A stretch of 64,000 nt of DNA from an uncultured Planctomycetota bacterium (GTDB lineage Bacteria; Planctomycetota; Planctomycetia; Isosphaerales; Isosphaeraceae): the NCBI GenBank assembly GCA_963845755.1, contig CAWJTV010000034.1, positions 224,001 to 288,000 on the forward strand. Direction: 5' to 3'. This document shows positions 32,933 to 45,171 of this stretch, piece after piece (within the stretch, counting starts at the first letter, position 1; every line of letters begins with the position of its first letter). The translations under genes were made by a program, and so were the position numbers. Below the pieces are notes generated by a model. That model had not been told where the DNA came from. It made no database searches and was given only the letters and a program-made list of their open reading frames with translations.

Positions 32933-35900
32933 TCAGCGATGCAGCCACACGCGGAGGACCGAGAGGAGTTGCTCGGTATCCACGGGCTTGGAGAGATAAT
33001 CCCACGCCCCGGCCTCGATGCATTTCTCCCGGTCGCCCTTCATGGCCTTGGCCGTCAGGGCGATGATCGGCAGCGTGCCGAATTGGGGGAGCTTGCGGAT
33101 GACGCGCATGGTGTCGAGTCCGTCCATCTCGGGCATCATGATGTCCATCAGGACGATATCGACGTTGGACTGCGTCTGGAGGATCGTGATCGCGTCGCGC
33201 CCGGTCTCGGCGGAGACGATGATCATGTTGCGCCACTCGAGGATGCTCGTCAACGCGAAAATGTTTCGGATATCGTCGTTGACGATCAGCACTTTCTTGC
33301 CGGCGAGCACCTGGTCGGTCTGATAGAGTTGCTCGAGGGTCCTCCGCTTGACCTCCGGCAGCTTGTCGATCGGAGAATGCAGGAAGAATGCGGTCTGGTC
33401 GAGGAGACGCTCGGGCGAGGAGACCTGGCGGAAGACGATCGACGGGGCGAGGGTCCGTACCGCGTCGGTGCCGCCAGTCGGAGGCTGGTCGGAGTAGAGG
33501 ATGACCGGCAGGGCGACGGATGTCCCATCGCGGCGAAGCTGCTGGAGGAACCCGTCGGCCGTCATGTCGGGGAGCGACGAGTTGACGACCAGGCAATCGA
33601 CGTGATGGGAGTTGAGCATCGCCAGCCCGTCGCGTCCGTTCGGCGCCGTCTCGACCCGGAACTCGTCGCCGCCGATGGACCGGACAATCTGCTCGCGACG
33701 GACCGGATCCCCCCCGACGACGAGCAGCTCCTTGACCCTGGGGCCGATGAAGCCGCGCAGGGTGTCGAGCAACTGGTCCAGCGCGTCGCGATTCTGCAAC
33801 GGCTTGGTCAACACGGCGGCGGCACCATAGCTCGAGGCCCGGTCGTTCGCGTCCTCGGTCGAGATCACGCAGACGGGAATATGCCGCGTGTTGATGTCAT
33901 TCTTCAGGCGATCCATAACCCGCCAGCCGTCGATATCCGGCAGGCAGATGTCCAGGGTGATGGCATCGGGCTTGTAGTCGCGGGTCATGGCCAGCGCGGC
34001 GGCGCCGAGCGAAGTGACCAGGCCCTTGATCCCCTTCTCTCGCGCCGCTTCCAGCATGAGGCGGGCGAATGCCAGGTCGTTCTCGACGATCAGGAGCAGG
34101 GGGTCGCCGGGCTGGACGTTGTCGCGGTCATCGCCCACCTCATTGACGAGCCGCGATGTCTCGATGATCAGGGGTAGGCCGTCGGCGACCGGCGACATCG
34201 GCCGCACCGGGGCCGGTGTCAGCAATGCGGCGAACGCGGCCGATGCCAACGAGGGGGGCGCGGACCGGCTCGATCCATTCTCGGGGCCGACCGCGACCGC
34301 CCGCCGCGACGTCTTCTGATGGACGTAGTTCTGCGGCAGGAAGAGCGTGAACGTGCTCCCCTTGCCGGGCGAGCTGACCAGCCGGATCTCCCCGCCCAGG
34401 AGTCGCGAGATCTCGCGGCTGATCGCCAGACCCAGGCCGGTCCCCCCGTACTTCCGGCTCGTACTGCCGTCGGCCTGCTGGAACGCCTCGAAGATGATCT
34501 GCTGCTTGTCCGGCGGGATGCCAATGCCCGTATCCGAGACGGAGATCGCCAGCACGGCCGATGCCCGATTCAAATCCTCGTTGTCCGAGTTCCAGCCGCC
34601 GTGCACGGGATCCATGCTCAGACGCACCTGTCCCTGCTGGGTGAACTTGAACGCGTTGGAGAGCAAGTTCTTGATCACCTGCTGGAGTCGCTTCGCATCG
34701 GTATAGATCGCCTTGGGCAGCCCCTTGTTGACCTCGATGACGAAATCCACGCTCTTCGACTCGGCCACGTGGCGGAATGTCCGCTCGACGTAGCTGTGCA
34801 GGTCGGCCAGCCGGACCTCGCCCACGTTGACCACCACCGTACCCGACTCGATCTTCGAGATGTCGAGGATGTCGTTGATCAGCATCAGCAGGTCGTTGCC
34901 CGACGAGTGGATCGTCTTGGCGAATTCGGTCTGCCGCGCCGAGAGGTTCCCCTCGGGGTTCTTCGAAAGCTGGTCGGAGAGGATCAGCAGGCTGTTCAGC
35001 GGCGTCCGCAGCTCGTGCGACATGTTCGCCAGGAACTCCGACTTGTATTTCGACGTCACGGCCAACTGCTTGGCCTTCTCCTCAAGCGCCTGCCGGGCCT
35101 GCTCGACCTCCTGGTTCTTCCGCTCGACCTCCTGGTTCTGGTGGGCCAGGAGCCGGGCCTTCTCCTGGAGCTCCTCGTTGGTCTGCTGCAATTCCTCCTG
35201 GCGGCTCTGGAGCTCCTGGGCCAGCGATTGCGACTGCTTGAGCAGGTCTTCCGTCCGCATGTTCGCCTCGATCGTGTTGAGCACGATCCCGATGCTCTCG
35301 GTCAACTGATCGAGGAATGCCTGGTGCGTGGGGTTGAATCGTTCGAATGAGGCCAGCTCCAGCACCCCCTTGACCTGGCCTTCGAAGATGACCGGCAGCA
35401 CGATGATATTCTGCGGCACCGCATCCCCGAGTCCCGAAGAGATCCGGATGTAGTCGGGCGGTACGTTGGACAGCAGGATCTTCTGCTTCTCGAGCGCACA
35501 CTGGCCGACCAGGCCTTCGCCAAGCTGGAGCTGACTGCCCACCGCGCTCTGGCCCCTGTACGCGTAGCTGGCCAGGAGCGACAACTGGGCCGGTTCCCTC
35601 CCGGTATCGAGAATATAGAACACCGCATGCTGGGCCGAGACCACCGGCGCCAACTCGGAGAGGATCAGCCGGCCTACCGTGAGCAGGTCCTTCTGTCCCT
35701 GGAGCATCCGGCTGAACTTCGCCAGGTTGGTCTTCAGCCAGTCCTGCTCGCTGTTCTTGAGCGTGGTATCCTTGAGGTTGCGGATCATCTCATTGATATT
35801 GTCCTTGAGCACGGCCACCTCGCCGAGCGCCTCGACCTTGATCGAGCGGGTGAGGTCGCCCTTGGTCACCGCGGTGGCCACCTCGGCGATCGCGCGGACC

Positions 35901-38713
35901 TGCGTGGTCAGGTTGGCCGCGAGCTGGTTGACGTTGTCGGTGAGGTCCTTCCAGGTGCCCGCGGCGCCGGGCACGCTCGCCTGACCGCCGAGCTTCCCCT
36001 CCACGCCCACTTCGCGGGCGACCGAGGTCACCTGATCGGCGAATGTCGCCAGGGTGTCGATCATGCTGTTGATCGTATCGGCCAGCTCGGCGATCTCCCC
36101 CTTGGCCTCGACCGTCAGTTTCTGATTCAGGTCGCCGTTAGCGACGGCGGTGACGACCTTGGCGATCCCGCGCACCTGGCTGGTCAGGTTGCCCGCCATG
36201 AAGTTCACGTTATCGGTCAGGTCCTTCCACGTGCCGGATACGCCCTTCACCTGGGCCTGGCCGCCGAGCTTCCCCTCCGTGCCGACTTCGCGCGCCACCC
36301 GCGTCACCTCGGCGGCGAACGAGCTGAGCTGGTCGACCATCGTATTGACCGTGTTCTTCAGCTCGAGGATCTCCCCCTTGACGTCGACGGTGATCTTCTT
36401 CGACAGGTCGCCCGTGGCCACGGCCTTGGTCACATCGGCGATGTTCCGCACCTGGCCGGTGAGATTGCCGGCCATGAAGTTCACGCTGTCGGTGAGGTCC
36501 TTCCAGGTGCCCGCCACGTCGCGCACGTCGGCCTGACCGCCCAGCTTCCCTTCGGTGCCGACCTCGCGCGCCACCCGCGTCACCTCGGCGGCGAACGACC
36601 GGAGTTGGTCGACCATCGTATTGATGGTATTCTTGAGCTCGAGGATCTCCCCCTTGACGTCGACATCAATCTTCTTGGACAGGTCGCCGGTGGCCACGGC
36701 GGTCGTAACCTCGGCGATGTTGCGGACCTGTCCCGTGAGGTTACCGGCCATGGAGTTGACGCTGTCGGTGAGGTCTTTCCAGGTGCCGGCGACGCCCTTG
36801 ACGTCGGCCTGGCCGCCCAGCTTCCCCTCGGTCCCCACCTCGCGCGCCACCCGGGTCACTTCGGAAGCGAACGAGCTGAGCTGATCGACCATCGTATTGA
36901 CCGTGTTCTTCAGCTCGAGGATCTCCCCCTTGACGTCGACGGTGATCTTCTTCGACAGGTCGCCGTTGGCCACGGCCTTGGTGACGTCGGCGATGTTCCG
37001 CACCTGGCTGGTCAAATTGCCTGCCATGAAATTGACGTTGTCGGTGAGGTCCTTCCAGGTGCCCGCCACGTCGCGCACGTCGGCCTGACCGCCCAGCTTC
37101 CCCTCGGTGCCCACCTCGCGCGCCACCCGCGTCACCTCCGAGGCGAACGACCGGAGCTGGTCGACCATCGTGTTGATGGTGTTCTTGAGCTCGAGGATCT
37201 CGCCCTTGACGTCAACGGTGATCTTCTTCGACAGGTCGCCGGTGGCCACCGCGGTGGTCACGTCGGCGATGTTCCGGACCTGGGCGGTGAGGTTGCCGGC
37301 CATGAAGTTCACGCTGTCGGTGAGGTCCTTCCAGGTGCCGGCGACGCCCTTGACGTCGGCCTGGCCGCCCAGCTTCCCCTCGGTCCCCACCTCGCGCGCC
37401 ACCCGGGTGACCTCCGACGCGAACGAGCTGAGCTGGTCAACCATCGTATTGATAGTGTTCTTCAGCTCGAGGATCTCGCCCTTGACGTCAACGGTGATCT
37501 TCTTCGACAGGTCGCCGGTGGCCACCGCGGTGGTCACGTCGGCGATGTTGCGGACCTGGGCGGTGAGGTTGCCGGCCATGAAGTTCACGCTGTCGGTGAG
37601 GTCCTTCCAGGTGCCGGCGACGCCCTTGACGTCGGCCTGGCCACCCAGCTTCCCCTCGGTCCCCACCTCGCGCGCCACCCGGGTCACTTCGGAGGCGAAC
37701 GAGCTGAGCTGGTCGACCATCGTGTTGATGGTGTTCTTCAGCTCGAGGATCTCGCCCTTGACGTCAACGGTGATCTTCTTGGACAGGTCGCCGTTGGCCA
37801 CAGCCGTCGTCACCGCGGCGATGTTCCGGACCTGGGCGGTGAGGTTTCCGGCCATGAAGTTGACGTTGTCGGTGAGGTCCTTCCAGGTACCGGAGACACC
37901 TTCGACCCGCGCCTGACCGCCCAGCTTCCCCTCGGTGCCCACCTCGCGCGCCACCCGCGTTACCTCGGCGGCGAACGACCGAAGTTGGTCGACCATCGTA
38001 TTGATGGTGTTCTTCAGCTCGAGGATCTCCCCCTTGACGTCGACAGTGATCTTCTTCGACAGGTCGCCGTTGGCCACGGCGGTCGTGACCTCGGCGATAT
38101 TGCGGACCTGTCCCGTGAGGTTACCGGCCATGGAGTTGACGCTGTCGGTGAGGTCCTTCCAGGTGCCGGCGACGCCCTTAACGTCGGCCTGGCCGCCCAG
38201 CTTCCCCTCGGTCCCCACCTCGCGCGCCACCCGGGTGACCTCCGAGGCGAACGAGCTGAGCTGGTCAACCATCGTGTTGATGGTCTTGGCTGTCCTGAGG
38301 AACTCGCCGCGCAAGGGCCGATCGCTGATCTCCAGGGCCATGGTCTGGGACAGGTCGCCCTGGGCGACGGCCCCGATGACGCGGGCCGTCTCGCTGGTCG
38401 GATGGACCAGGTCGCCGATCAGGGTATTGACCGATGTCAGCGCCTCTTCCCAGGAGCCGCTGACGGCCCCGACGGAGGCGCGCTGGTTAATCTTGCCTTC
38501 CTTGCCCACAACCCGGCTGATCCGCTCCAGCTCGTTGGCCATCCGCTCGTTGAGCTCGATGACGTCGTTGAACGTGTCGGCCACTTTTCCGGCGAGGCCC
38601 GTCCAGTCCAGCGGCAAGCGTACGGTGAAGTCCCCCTTCTTCAAGGCGGTCAGGGCCATCAACAAAGCGGTGGTGTCGAGGCCCTGGACGGGCGACTCTT
38701 GCAGTGCCGGCAT
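32933..38713 (-). CDS. Poly-HAMP hybrid histidine kinase (HAMP repeats-GAF-HisKA-HATPase-3xREC)
   Basis: Nine clear 92-aa repeats ([13 protein letters not shown]...GTWKDLTD) plus a degenerate first unit; [22 protein letters not shown]; three receiver domains. Confidence 0.96.
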   Translation of the reverse strand: MPALQESPVQGLDTTALLMALTALKKGDFTVRLPLDWTGLAGKVADTFNDVIELNERMANELERISRVVGKEGKINQRASVGAVSGSWEEALTSVNTLIGDLVHPTSETARVIGAVAQGDLSQTMALEISDRPLRGEFLRTAKTINTMVDQLSSFASEVTRVAREVGTEGKLGGQADVKGVAGTWKDLTDSVNSMAGNLTGQVRNIAEVTTAVANGDLSKKITVDVKGEILELKNTINTMVDQLRSFAAEVTRVAREVGTEGKLGGQARVEGVSGTWKDLTDNVNFMAGNLTAQVRNIAAVTTAVANGDLSKKITVDVKGEILELKNTINTMVDQLSSFASEVTRVAREVGTEGKLGGQADVKGVAGTWKDLTDSVNFMAGNLTAQVRNIADVTTAVATGDLSKKITVDVKGEILELKNTINTMVDQLSSFASEVTRVAREVGTEGKLGGQADVKGVAGTWKDLTDSVNFMAGNLTAQVRNIADVTTAVATGDLSKKITVDVKGEILELKNTINTMVDQLRSFASEVTRVAREVGTEGKLGGQADVRDVAGTWKDLTDNVNFMAGNLTSQVRNIADVTKAVANGDLSKKITVDVKGEILELKNTVNTMVDQLSSFASEVTRVAREVGTEGKLGGQADVKGVAGTWKDLTDSVNSMAGNLTGQVRNIAEVTTAVATGDLSKKIDVDVKGEILELKNTINTMVDQLRSFAAEVTRVAREVGTEGKLGGQADVRDVAGTWKDLTDSVNFMAGNLTGQVRNIADVTKAVATGDLSKKITVDVKGEILELKNTVNTMVDQLSSFAAEVTRVAREVGTEGKLGGQAQVKGVSGTWKDLTDNVNFMAGNLTSQVRGIAKVVTAVANGDLNQKLTVEAKGEIAELADTINSMIDTLATFADQVTSVAREVGVEGKLGGQASVPGAAGTWKDLTDNVNQLAANLTTQVRAIAEVATAVTKGDLTRSIKVEALGEVAVLKDNINEMIRNLKDTTLKNSEQDWLKTNLAKFSRMLQGQKDLLTVGRLILSELAPVVSAQHAVFYILDTGREPAQLSLLASYAYRGQSAVGSQLQLGEGLVGQCALEKQKILLSNVPPDYIRISSGLGDAVPQNIIVLPVIFEGQVKGVLELASFERFNPTHQAFLDQLTESIGIVLNTIEANMRTEDLLKQSQSLAQELQSRQEELQQTNEELQEKARLLAHQNQEVERKNQEVEQARQALEEKAKQLAVTSKYKSEFLANMSHELRTPLNSLLILSDQLSKNPEGNLSARQTEFAKTIHSSGNDLLMLINDILDISKIESGTVVVNVGEVRLADLHSYVERTFRHVAESKSVDFVIEVNKGLPKAIYTDAKRLQQVIKNLLSNAFKFTQQGQVRLSMDPVHGGWNSDNEDLNRASAVLAISVSDTGIGIPPDKQQIIFEAFQQADGSTSRKYGGTGLGLAISREISRLLGGEIRLVSSPGKGSTFTLFLPQNYVHQKTSRRAVAVGPENGSSRSAPPSLASAAFAALLTPAPVRPMSPVADGLPLIIETSRLVNEVGDDRDNVQPGDPLLLIVENDLAFARLMLEAAREKGIKGLVTSLGAAALAMTRDYKPDAITLDICLPDIDGWRVMDRLKNDINTRHIPVCVISTEDANDRASSYGAAAVLTKPLQNRDALDQLLDTLRGFIGPRVKELLVVGGDPVRREQIVRSIGGDEFRVETAPNGRDGLAMLNSHHVDCLVVNSSLPDMTADGFLQQLRRDGTSVALPVILYSDQPPTGGTDAVRTLAPSIVFRQVSSPERLLDQTAFFLHSPIDKLPEVKRRTLEQLYQTDQVLAGKKVLIVNDDIRNIFALTSILEWRNMIIVSAETGRDAITILQTQSNVDIVLMDIMMPEMDGLDTMRVIRKLPQFGTLPIIALTAKAMKGDREKCIEAGAWDYLSKPVDTEQLLSVLRVWLHR
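35850..38340 (-). repeat. Coding tandem repeat of about 276-bp units (HAMP array)
   Basis: Near-identical units recur every 276 bp, e.g. gtgaggtccttccaggtg. Confidence 0.9.
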
Positions 38714-39615
38714 ATCATCCTCCCAGAAGACGCGAAGCAGCCAGCAACACGCGGACCACCGAGTCCATCATGTTGCCCCGGGCGCATAGGAGCGCCGACC
38801 GGCAATTCAGGGCGAATTGCCGGGCTCTCGATCGATCAGACATCTGCGGGAGAGCGCGTAAGAGACGGACATCATGTTCCGAGTGGGATTCCGGTCCGAC
38901 GGTGCCGGGTGAGTCGTGGAGGTCCCGATCGAACGGGACGCACGGTTCCACGCCGATCGAGAGCTTCCCACCATTCGTTCTCGGAAAACGGGTTTCCGGA
39001 TCCTGGAACTTGTGGTCAGGAAATCACATGCGCTCGCCCATCGACGCCACTCTCGAACGAACCGACCATATTTTCGATGCATGTAGCGATGCATGCGATC
39101 GAACTGCGCTCAATCCCGATTCGTCGCGATTTCGCTCAATCCGACGATTCTCGGTCCCCAAGCGGATCACTCGCGAGCATGAATTCCTGACGGTCCCGGC
39201 ACCCCTTCTCCGTCGAGTTCCAAGCTATGGAGCATAATTAATCGACTGAGCAACCGTCAACGGGGTGACGGCGGGTGCCGAAGAGCCTGGCCGGTCTACC
39301 AGGGGACCCAGGATACAAATCCTTGACGGGTAAGCCGATAAATCGAGCGAGCACGGCGGATCGATCGTGTCGCCCCCCTGAAAGCCGCATCGCTCCAGGA
39401 GGATCTTCCGGTCTGGCAGGTCTCCGAGCGGATCCGACCCGATCCGAGGTCTCTCTCGCCTGGCGGATCCGCCGTTCTTTAAATGATGTTCGTGTTATGA
39501 AATGAAGTTCGGAGTCGAAACCCTCGGAGAGGGGCGAACAACCAAGGCCGCGCCCGTGGGTCGCCGCCGCACGGTCGGCCAAGACCAGGTTCCGAAGAGG
39601 CTATTTGAGAATGAA

Positions 39616-39675
39616 GTAGGGTGGGTGAAACCCGCCAGGAAGCCCCGCGCTCCTGGTGGGTTTCACCCACCCTAC
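39616..39675. repeat. GTAG-type REP-like palindrome (REPIN-like doublet)
   Basis: GTAGGGTGGGTGAAACCCGCCAGGA, 10-nt loop, TCCTGGTGGGTTTCACCCACCCTAC: 25-bp arms with one G-T pair. Confidence 0.8.
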
Positions 39676-39767
39676 AAAGGCCGGTAATCGATGCGAACTT
39701 GGCGGAGACGTCCAAGGCCCTCGTGGCCGCCGGCCTCGGGCGCCATGTTAGGTTGGATACCAGACGC

Positions 39768-40916
39768 TCAGGAGACGAGCTTCCGACTGACCGCCGCCGC
39801 CCGGGCCTTCCGGGCTCGGGCAACCAACCCGACCATCGCCAAGGCGGTGAGCCCGAGGACGATTCCGCTCGGCTCCGGCACCGAGCCGGCGAATTCGCTC
39901 ACATTGATGAGTTCCGTACCACCGTTTACCGTGACGGACAGCCAGTCGCCGTCCGGCGAGATCCGCATCCATCCGTCCTGGAATGCAGCGTTCCCGTTCC
40001 AGCCCCAAGACTCACTGCCCAGGTTGGCGACAACCTGCCAGGTGTTGGTGTCGTAGACCAGTAGCGCATTGTTGGTTCCGGAGACATCCCAGTTCGCCGC
40101 GAACAGGTAGTGGGAATTCGGTGAGTAGACGGCGTACATCGGCAGGTCGCCGCCCGTCCCCAGGGTCGTCACCGACGTGAACGTCGATCCAGACAGGTTC
40201 AAGATTTCGGTACCAGAAAAGGTGGGCACGGCCAATTGCGTGCCATGAGCGTTCGCAGCGATGGTATAGAGGAAAGACGAGCCTATCGATGTCGAGGCCG
40301 AGATGCTGTCGGTCGCGACCGAAAACGCGTGCATCGGCCCCCCGGTCTGGTTCGACTCGGCCACACCGATCGTGTTCCGGTCGGCGCTGGCGGACAGCAT
40401 GGTGTTCTGGCGGAATTCGCCGCTCGGACCGCTACCACCTCCGATGATGGTGGTCACCGCGGTAGCCGGATCGTATTGGCGAAGAGGGGTCCATCCCGAT
40501 CCCAGGTCCTGGGTGGACAACAGCAGGCTTCCGTTGGATTCGTAGGCGACCGTGAAGCCCCCGCCTTCCTGGAAGGCGGGCGTGTAACTCACCGGAGTGA
40601 CGGCCCCCGTGGACGTGCTGACGAGATCGAACCCGGTGAAGGTCGTGTTCGCCACCGCCAAGGTCCTGCCGTCCGGCGAGAGGTCCATGCCGAGCAGGCT
40701 ACCCCCGACCGAGAACGGTGTCAGGAAGCTGCTGGTCTGCGTGTCGTACCGGTCGATGTTCCCGCCGCTCGTGCTGATGTAGAGGATCCCCGAATTACTG
40801 AAGACGTAGTCCTCCGCGCCGGTGATCGGGAGGACCTGGGCGAAGGCGGGGCTCGCGAGGCTCGAAGCGACGACCAGCACCGCCGTCGCCAAGATCGATC
40901 GATGAAACCATTTCAT
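39768..40916 (-). CDS. PEP-CTERM surface protein with beta-propeller
   Basis: Signal peptide (ASPAFA|Q), DLSPDGRTLAV and ISPDGDWL blades, C-terminal VPEPSGIVLGLTALAMVGLVARARK. Confidence 0.9.
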   Translation of the reverse strand: MKWFHRSILATAVLVVASSLASPAFAQVLPITGAEDYVFSNSGILYISTSGGNIDRYDTQTSSFLTPFSVGGSLLGMDLSPDGRTLAVANTTFTGFDLVSTSTGAVTPVSYTPAFQEGGGFTVAYESNGSLLLSTQDLGSGWTPLRQYDPATAVTTIIGGGSGPSGEFRQNTMLSASADRNTIGVAESNQTGGPMHAFSVATDSISASTSIGSSFLYTIAANAHGTQLAVPTFSGTEILNLSGSTFTSVTTLGTGGDLPMYAVYSPNSHYLFAANWDVSGTNNALLVYDTNTWQVVANLGSESWGWNGNAAFQDGWMRISPDGDWLSVTVNGGTELINVSEFAGSVPEPSGIVLGLTALAMVGLVARARKARAAAVSRKLVS

Positions 40917-41133
40917 GCGATTTCTCCATTCGATGTCTATCAAACTGTGATCGCGCACGACGCGTTCACCGGGCATCGTTGTCCCGGTTTTTGGGAATCA
41001 CCCGGCCATCACGCGTGAAACAACGGCCAGAATCAGGTGTTTTACGGACAGACCCAACCCTGCCCCGCGCGGCTCTTGGATTCCAACCACTCTTCGTCGC
41101 ACCGCATCCCGGACGTCTCGTGCGGCTCCGAAG

Positions 41134-41162
41134 AATGTATTAACGAAATGTTACAATGTCAA
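41134..41162 (-). promoter_or_regulatory. Sigma70-type promoter for the PEP-CTERM gene
   Basis: Minus strand TTGACA, 17 bp spacer, TACATT, in an AT-rich intergenic region about 220 nt upstream of the start. Confidence 0.6.
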
Positions 41163-41526
41163 CGACAGGGAACGGATTTCTCGAGACCTTCCAGGAAATG
41201 TTGATTTTGTACAACACCTGAACGATCAGGCTTCACCGACAAATCGCCGCAATGACAACAGGATTCATGACTTAGGGAATCGGACGATTGCATTAAGCCG
41301 AATTTTGTTTACTTATTCTCCTAATCGTGGCTATTATTGCACAATGGTTCTCGATTTGCAGACCCAGCCTTCGAACTTGCTCCCATGCCTGCATAGATTC
41401 TTATGGAGAGCGGTATCCTCGGACATCACCAGGGGCGTAGCGTTCCGGCGGCCGCCTCCCTCCGAGGCTAGCCCCAGCGCGCGGAATGAGGCGGCTACTG
41501 TCGAGCCAGCGCCGCCGACAAAAGCC

Positions 41527-42961
41527 TCAGGCCCCCGTCAAGGTTCGCTCGTACTTCGGGTTGTCGAGCCCTTCGAGCGGCCCGGTGCTGTCGGCGAACC
41601 GCGGCACCGACGCGCCGGCGCGGTCGAGCATCGAGACGTAGAGGTTACACAGGGGCGTATCCTTGCCATAGACGAGGTGTCGCCCCGGCGCGAGCCGGCC
41701 GCCGGCCTTGCCGGCGAGCACCGTCGGCAGGTTGTGCGGGTCGTGCTCGTTCCCATCGCGCAGGCGCCGAGCCAATCAGGACCATGGAGTGGTCCAGCAA
41801 AGTGCCGTCCCCTTCGCGGATCTGCTTCATCCGGTCGAGCAACTGGGCGCACTGCTCGATATGCCAGGTGGTGATCCGCTGATACTGGTCCAGCTTCTTC
41901 GCGTCGTTCTCGTGATGGGAGAACTGATGGTGACCGCCCTTCACGCCCTCGACGAATGAGAAGTTCTTGTTGCTGACCGAGTTGCCGAACATGAACGTGG
42001 CGATTCGTGTCGCGTCGGTCTGGAACGCCAGGAGGACAAGGTCGAGCATCAGCCGGACGTGCTCCGAGTGATTGATCGACCGCTGGCGGAGCCGGCCCGG
42101 GTCGTGGTTGTAGAGGTCAACCCGGCCGCCGAGGGTCGCGATGTCCTTGCGGGCCTGTGAATCGTCGCGATACTGGGCACGCCGGTCGCTCGCCTCGAAG
42201 CCGATCCGTTTCTCCACCGCGCGGACCGAGTCGAGGTACTCGTCCAGCTTACGGCGGTCGTCCTGCCCGACCCGTGATCTGAGGGCCTGGGCGTCGTCGG
42301 CGACCAGGTCGAGCACGCTCCGGTCGTCATCGCGGCCGGCGGAGGGGCTGGTGCCGGCATTCGAGCGGAAGAGCCGGTCGAAGGCCAGCTTGGGGTTGAT
42401 CTCGCGGGCGACCGGCGTCGTCGGGCTCGACCACGAGATGTGCGAGCCGTACAGCCGGGTGTAGCCGACGTTGGTATCCACGCCCGTGGTCACCGGCTCG
42501 ACGCCCAGCTCGAGCGAGGGGATCGGGGTCAACACGCCGATCCGCTTGGCTGCGAGCTGGTCGAGCGAGATCCCGCCCGCGTTCAGGTCGGAGCCCGTCG
42601 TGCGATGGATCGTCGTGCCGGTCAGCCAGGCGGCATCCTTGACGTAGTGGCCGTCGCCGGTGAACGTGCCCCGGTTGCTCAGGTGGGTGAAGATGAGCAC
42701 ATCGTCCTTGTGGCGGGCCATAGGCTGGAGGATCGGCGAGAACTCGAAGTCCTTCCCCTGGCCTTTCGGGGTCCAGGTTCGGGGATTGCAGCCGTTGGGC
42801 CAGAACAGGCAGGCCATCCGGACCGGCGGCCGGTCGTCGCCCGCCACCGCGCCGCCCATGGCCGCCGCCGGGCGCATGGCATCCAGCAACGGCAAGCCGA
42901 CCATTGCGCCCATGCCCCGAAGTACCGACCTCCGCGTAATCGGCCGATTCTTCTCGCTCAT
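41527..42961 (-). CDS. DUF1552 family protein (frameshift near 41768)
   Basis: ITRRSVLRGMGAMVGLPLLDAM, SLELG, SHISWSSPTTP, AFQTDATRIATFM, HHQFSHH, LRDGNEHDPHNLP. Confidence 0.92.
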
Positions 42962-42984
42962 GGCTGGGTCCCTTTCCTCTTTGA

Positions 42985-43084
42985 AGATTCCCGATTCTTT
43001 ATTCAAGATTCCCAAGGGGATGATCTCGAATCTCGAATCCGGAATCTCGAATCCCTTTGTGGGTGCGGCCATAGGCCGTGTTTA
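42985..43084. repeat. Hairpin-plus-heptamer repeat copy E
   Basis: gattcccgattctttattcaagattccc ... gaatctcgaatccggaatctcgaatcc ... ggtgcggccataggccgtgttta. Confidence 0.65.
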
Positions 43085-43090
43085 CGGCGA

Positions 43091-44961
43091 TCAGGGACGC
43101 TGTGCACCCCGACGGTACTGGAACGGAACGCTCTCGACGACTGCGGCGATCAACGAGGCTCCACGATAATCGTTCGCTTCCAGCTCCGCCAGGATCCGCT
43201 TGACCGCCGGTGCATCGTAATACTCCACGCCCCTCCGCAACGCATAGCCCAGCATCCGCTCGACCAGGTTGCGGACGAACAGATCGCGCTTCGTTTCGAC
43301 CAGGATCGTCTTGAGCGCCACCGGACCGACGAACGACTCGCCGGTGGTCAGGTTGCCCGAGGCATCCACCGGCTTTTTCTGGATCTCATCGCGCCAGCGG
43401 CCCAGGACATCGAAGTTCTCCAGCCCGAACCCCAGCGGGTCGAGCCGCGAGTGGCACGTGGCGCACTCGGCCTTCTTGCGATGCATCTCCAGCCGCTGAC
43501 GGAAGGTCAGCCCATTACGGATTCGGTCGTCGGTGGGAAGCGACTTGATCATGGCCGGCGGCGGAGGTGGCGGCGTTCCCAGCAGTTCCTCCAGGACCCA
43601 CTTCCCGCGTAGGACCGGACTGGTGCGCCGGGGATACGAGGTCAACGTCAGGACGGCCGCCATGCCCAGCACGCCCCCGCGCCGGGGATCGTTCAGGTCG
43701 ACCCGGCGGAACTCGGAGCCGGTCACGCCAGCGATTCCGTAATGCTTCGCCAGGGGCTCGTTGAGATACGTGTAGTAACCATTGAGCAGCTCCACGACCG
43801 GCCGGTCCTCGCGGAGGATCCCATGGACGAACGAGACAGCCTCCTCGACCATCGCCTCCCGCAGCTCGGGCGTGTATTCGGGGAAGAGTCGCTTGTCGGG
43901 CTCGGCCAGGTCGGCGAGGCTGCCGACGCGGAGCCATTGCCCGGCGAAGTCCTCGGCCATCGCCCGCGACTTCGGGTCGGCGAGCATCCGCCGCACCTGG
44001 AGCTGGAGCACCTCGGGCTCGTGGAGCCGCCTGGAGTCGGCGAGTGCCGACAGCTCCCGGTCGGGCATCGACGACCAGAGGAAGTACGACAACCGGCTGG
44101 CGAGCTCGTGCTCGGAGACGCGGTACGGCCCCTCGACGTCGGTCCGGTCGCCCTCGAGCAGGAACAGGAAGCTTGGCGAGACCAGTACGGCACGCAACGC
44201 GAGCCGGACCGCGGTTTCGAAATCGTCACCGCGAGCCTCCGCGCGGCGGACGAGCCTCATCAATCGCTCGACTTCCTCGTTCCCGACCGGCCGCCGGAAG
44301 GCTCGGCGCGAATGCGTCGAGGCATCGGCGCGCGGCCTCGTCACGCGACAGACCCGGACCAGGCCGGTCCTCGAGGTAACGCGACGAATCGGCCAGCTTG
44401 AGCACGTCGGCCGCCGCGGCCAGGTATTTCTCCATGAGGATCGGCGGCACGAACAGGGTCAACGCGTTATTCTCGAACCCCGCGCCGCCGCCGCCGTCGG
44501 CGGGGAACGCGTCGGCTGGACGGGTGTCGAACGCCCAGTAGGTCGCGGATCGTGTTGTTGTACTGCCGGCGGGTCAGCCGCTGGATCAGGCCGGGGCCCG
44601 GATCCGGGACGCCCTCGGTCGCGTCCAGGACCGCCCGGATCGAGTCCGCCGCCCGCTGGCGATCGTCCACATTCGGACCGGCCCGATTGCCCGGCGGAGG
44701 CATCGTCCGCTCGATCAACGCATCGACGACCTTGAGCCACACCTCGGGATCACGGCGGAGCGACTCCTCGTCCTCGAACTTGCCCAGGTTGACGTCCCCT
44801 TTCGGCTTCCCACCACCGTGGCACCGCAGGCAGTGTTTCTGGAGCAGTGGCCGGACATTCCGCTCGAAGCCATCGCCACGGACTGGCGCAGCGGCTGCCA
44901 TGGCCAGGACAAACACGGCCAGGCCCAGCGTCCAGCGGACGATCGTGATCCATCGATTCAT
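43091..44961 (-). CDS. DUF1587/1592/1588/1585 cytochrome-c-domain protein (frameshifts at about 44529 and 44310)
   Basis: [71 protein letters not shown]. Confidence 0.9.
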
Positions 44962-45171
44962 GGACGGTTCCGGTTTCGAAAGTTACCAGGGGCGGGAGCG
45001 CATCGTTGCGGGCAGGCCAGGAATCTCCATATTATCTAAGCGTCAATCGTCCATCCAGTGTCCCGTTCCCCGGTCGACGCCGATCCGTGACGACTGGGTG
45101 ACTTCGCGGCCAACAGCCTCGTGCTCGAGCGGGCACCGGAAGCGCCGGCCTCGAGCACACCGGGAGAGACC

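Noticed and set aside
35850..38340. Regular repeats as a possible CRISPR array
   Set aside because: 276-bp in-frame coding units with no unique spacers; no cas genes in the window.
35627..39190. 1187-aa plus-strand ORF and other long antisense ORFs (32510..34177, 58528..60069, 26865..27911)
   Set aside because: Shadow frames of high-GC genes on the opposite strand; no recognisable domains.
38714..39600. ORFs or ncRNA in the 0.9-kb region upstream of the poly-HAMP kinase
   Set aside because: Short ORFs lack recognisable motifs, and no tRNA or riboswitch consensus was identifiable by eye.
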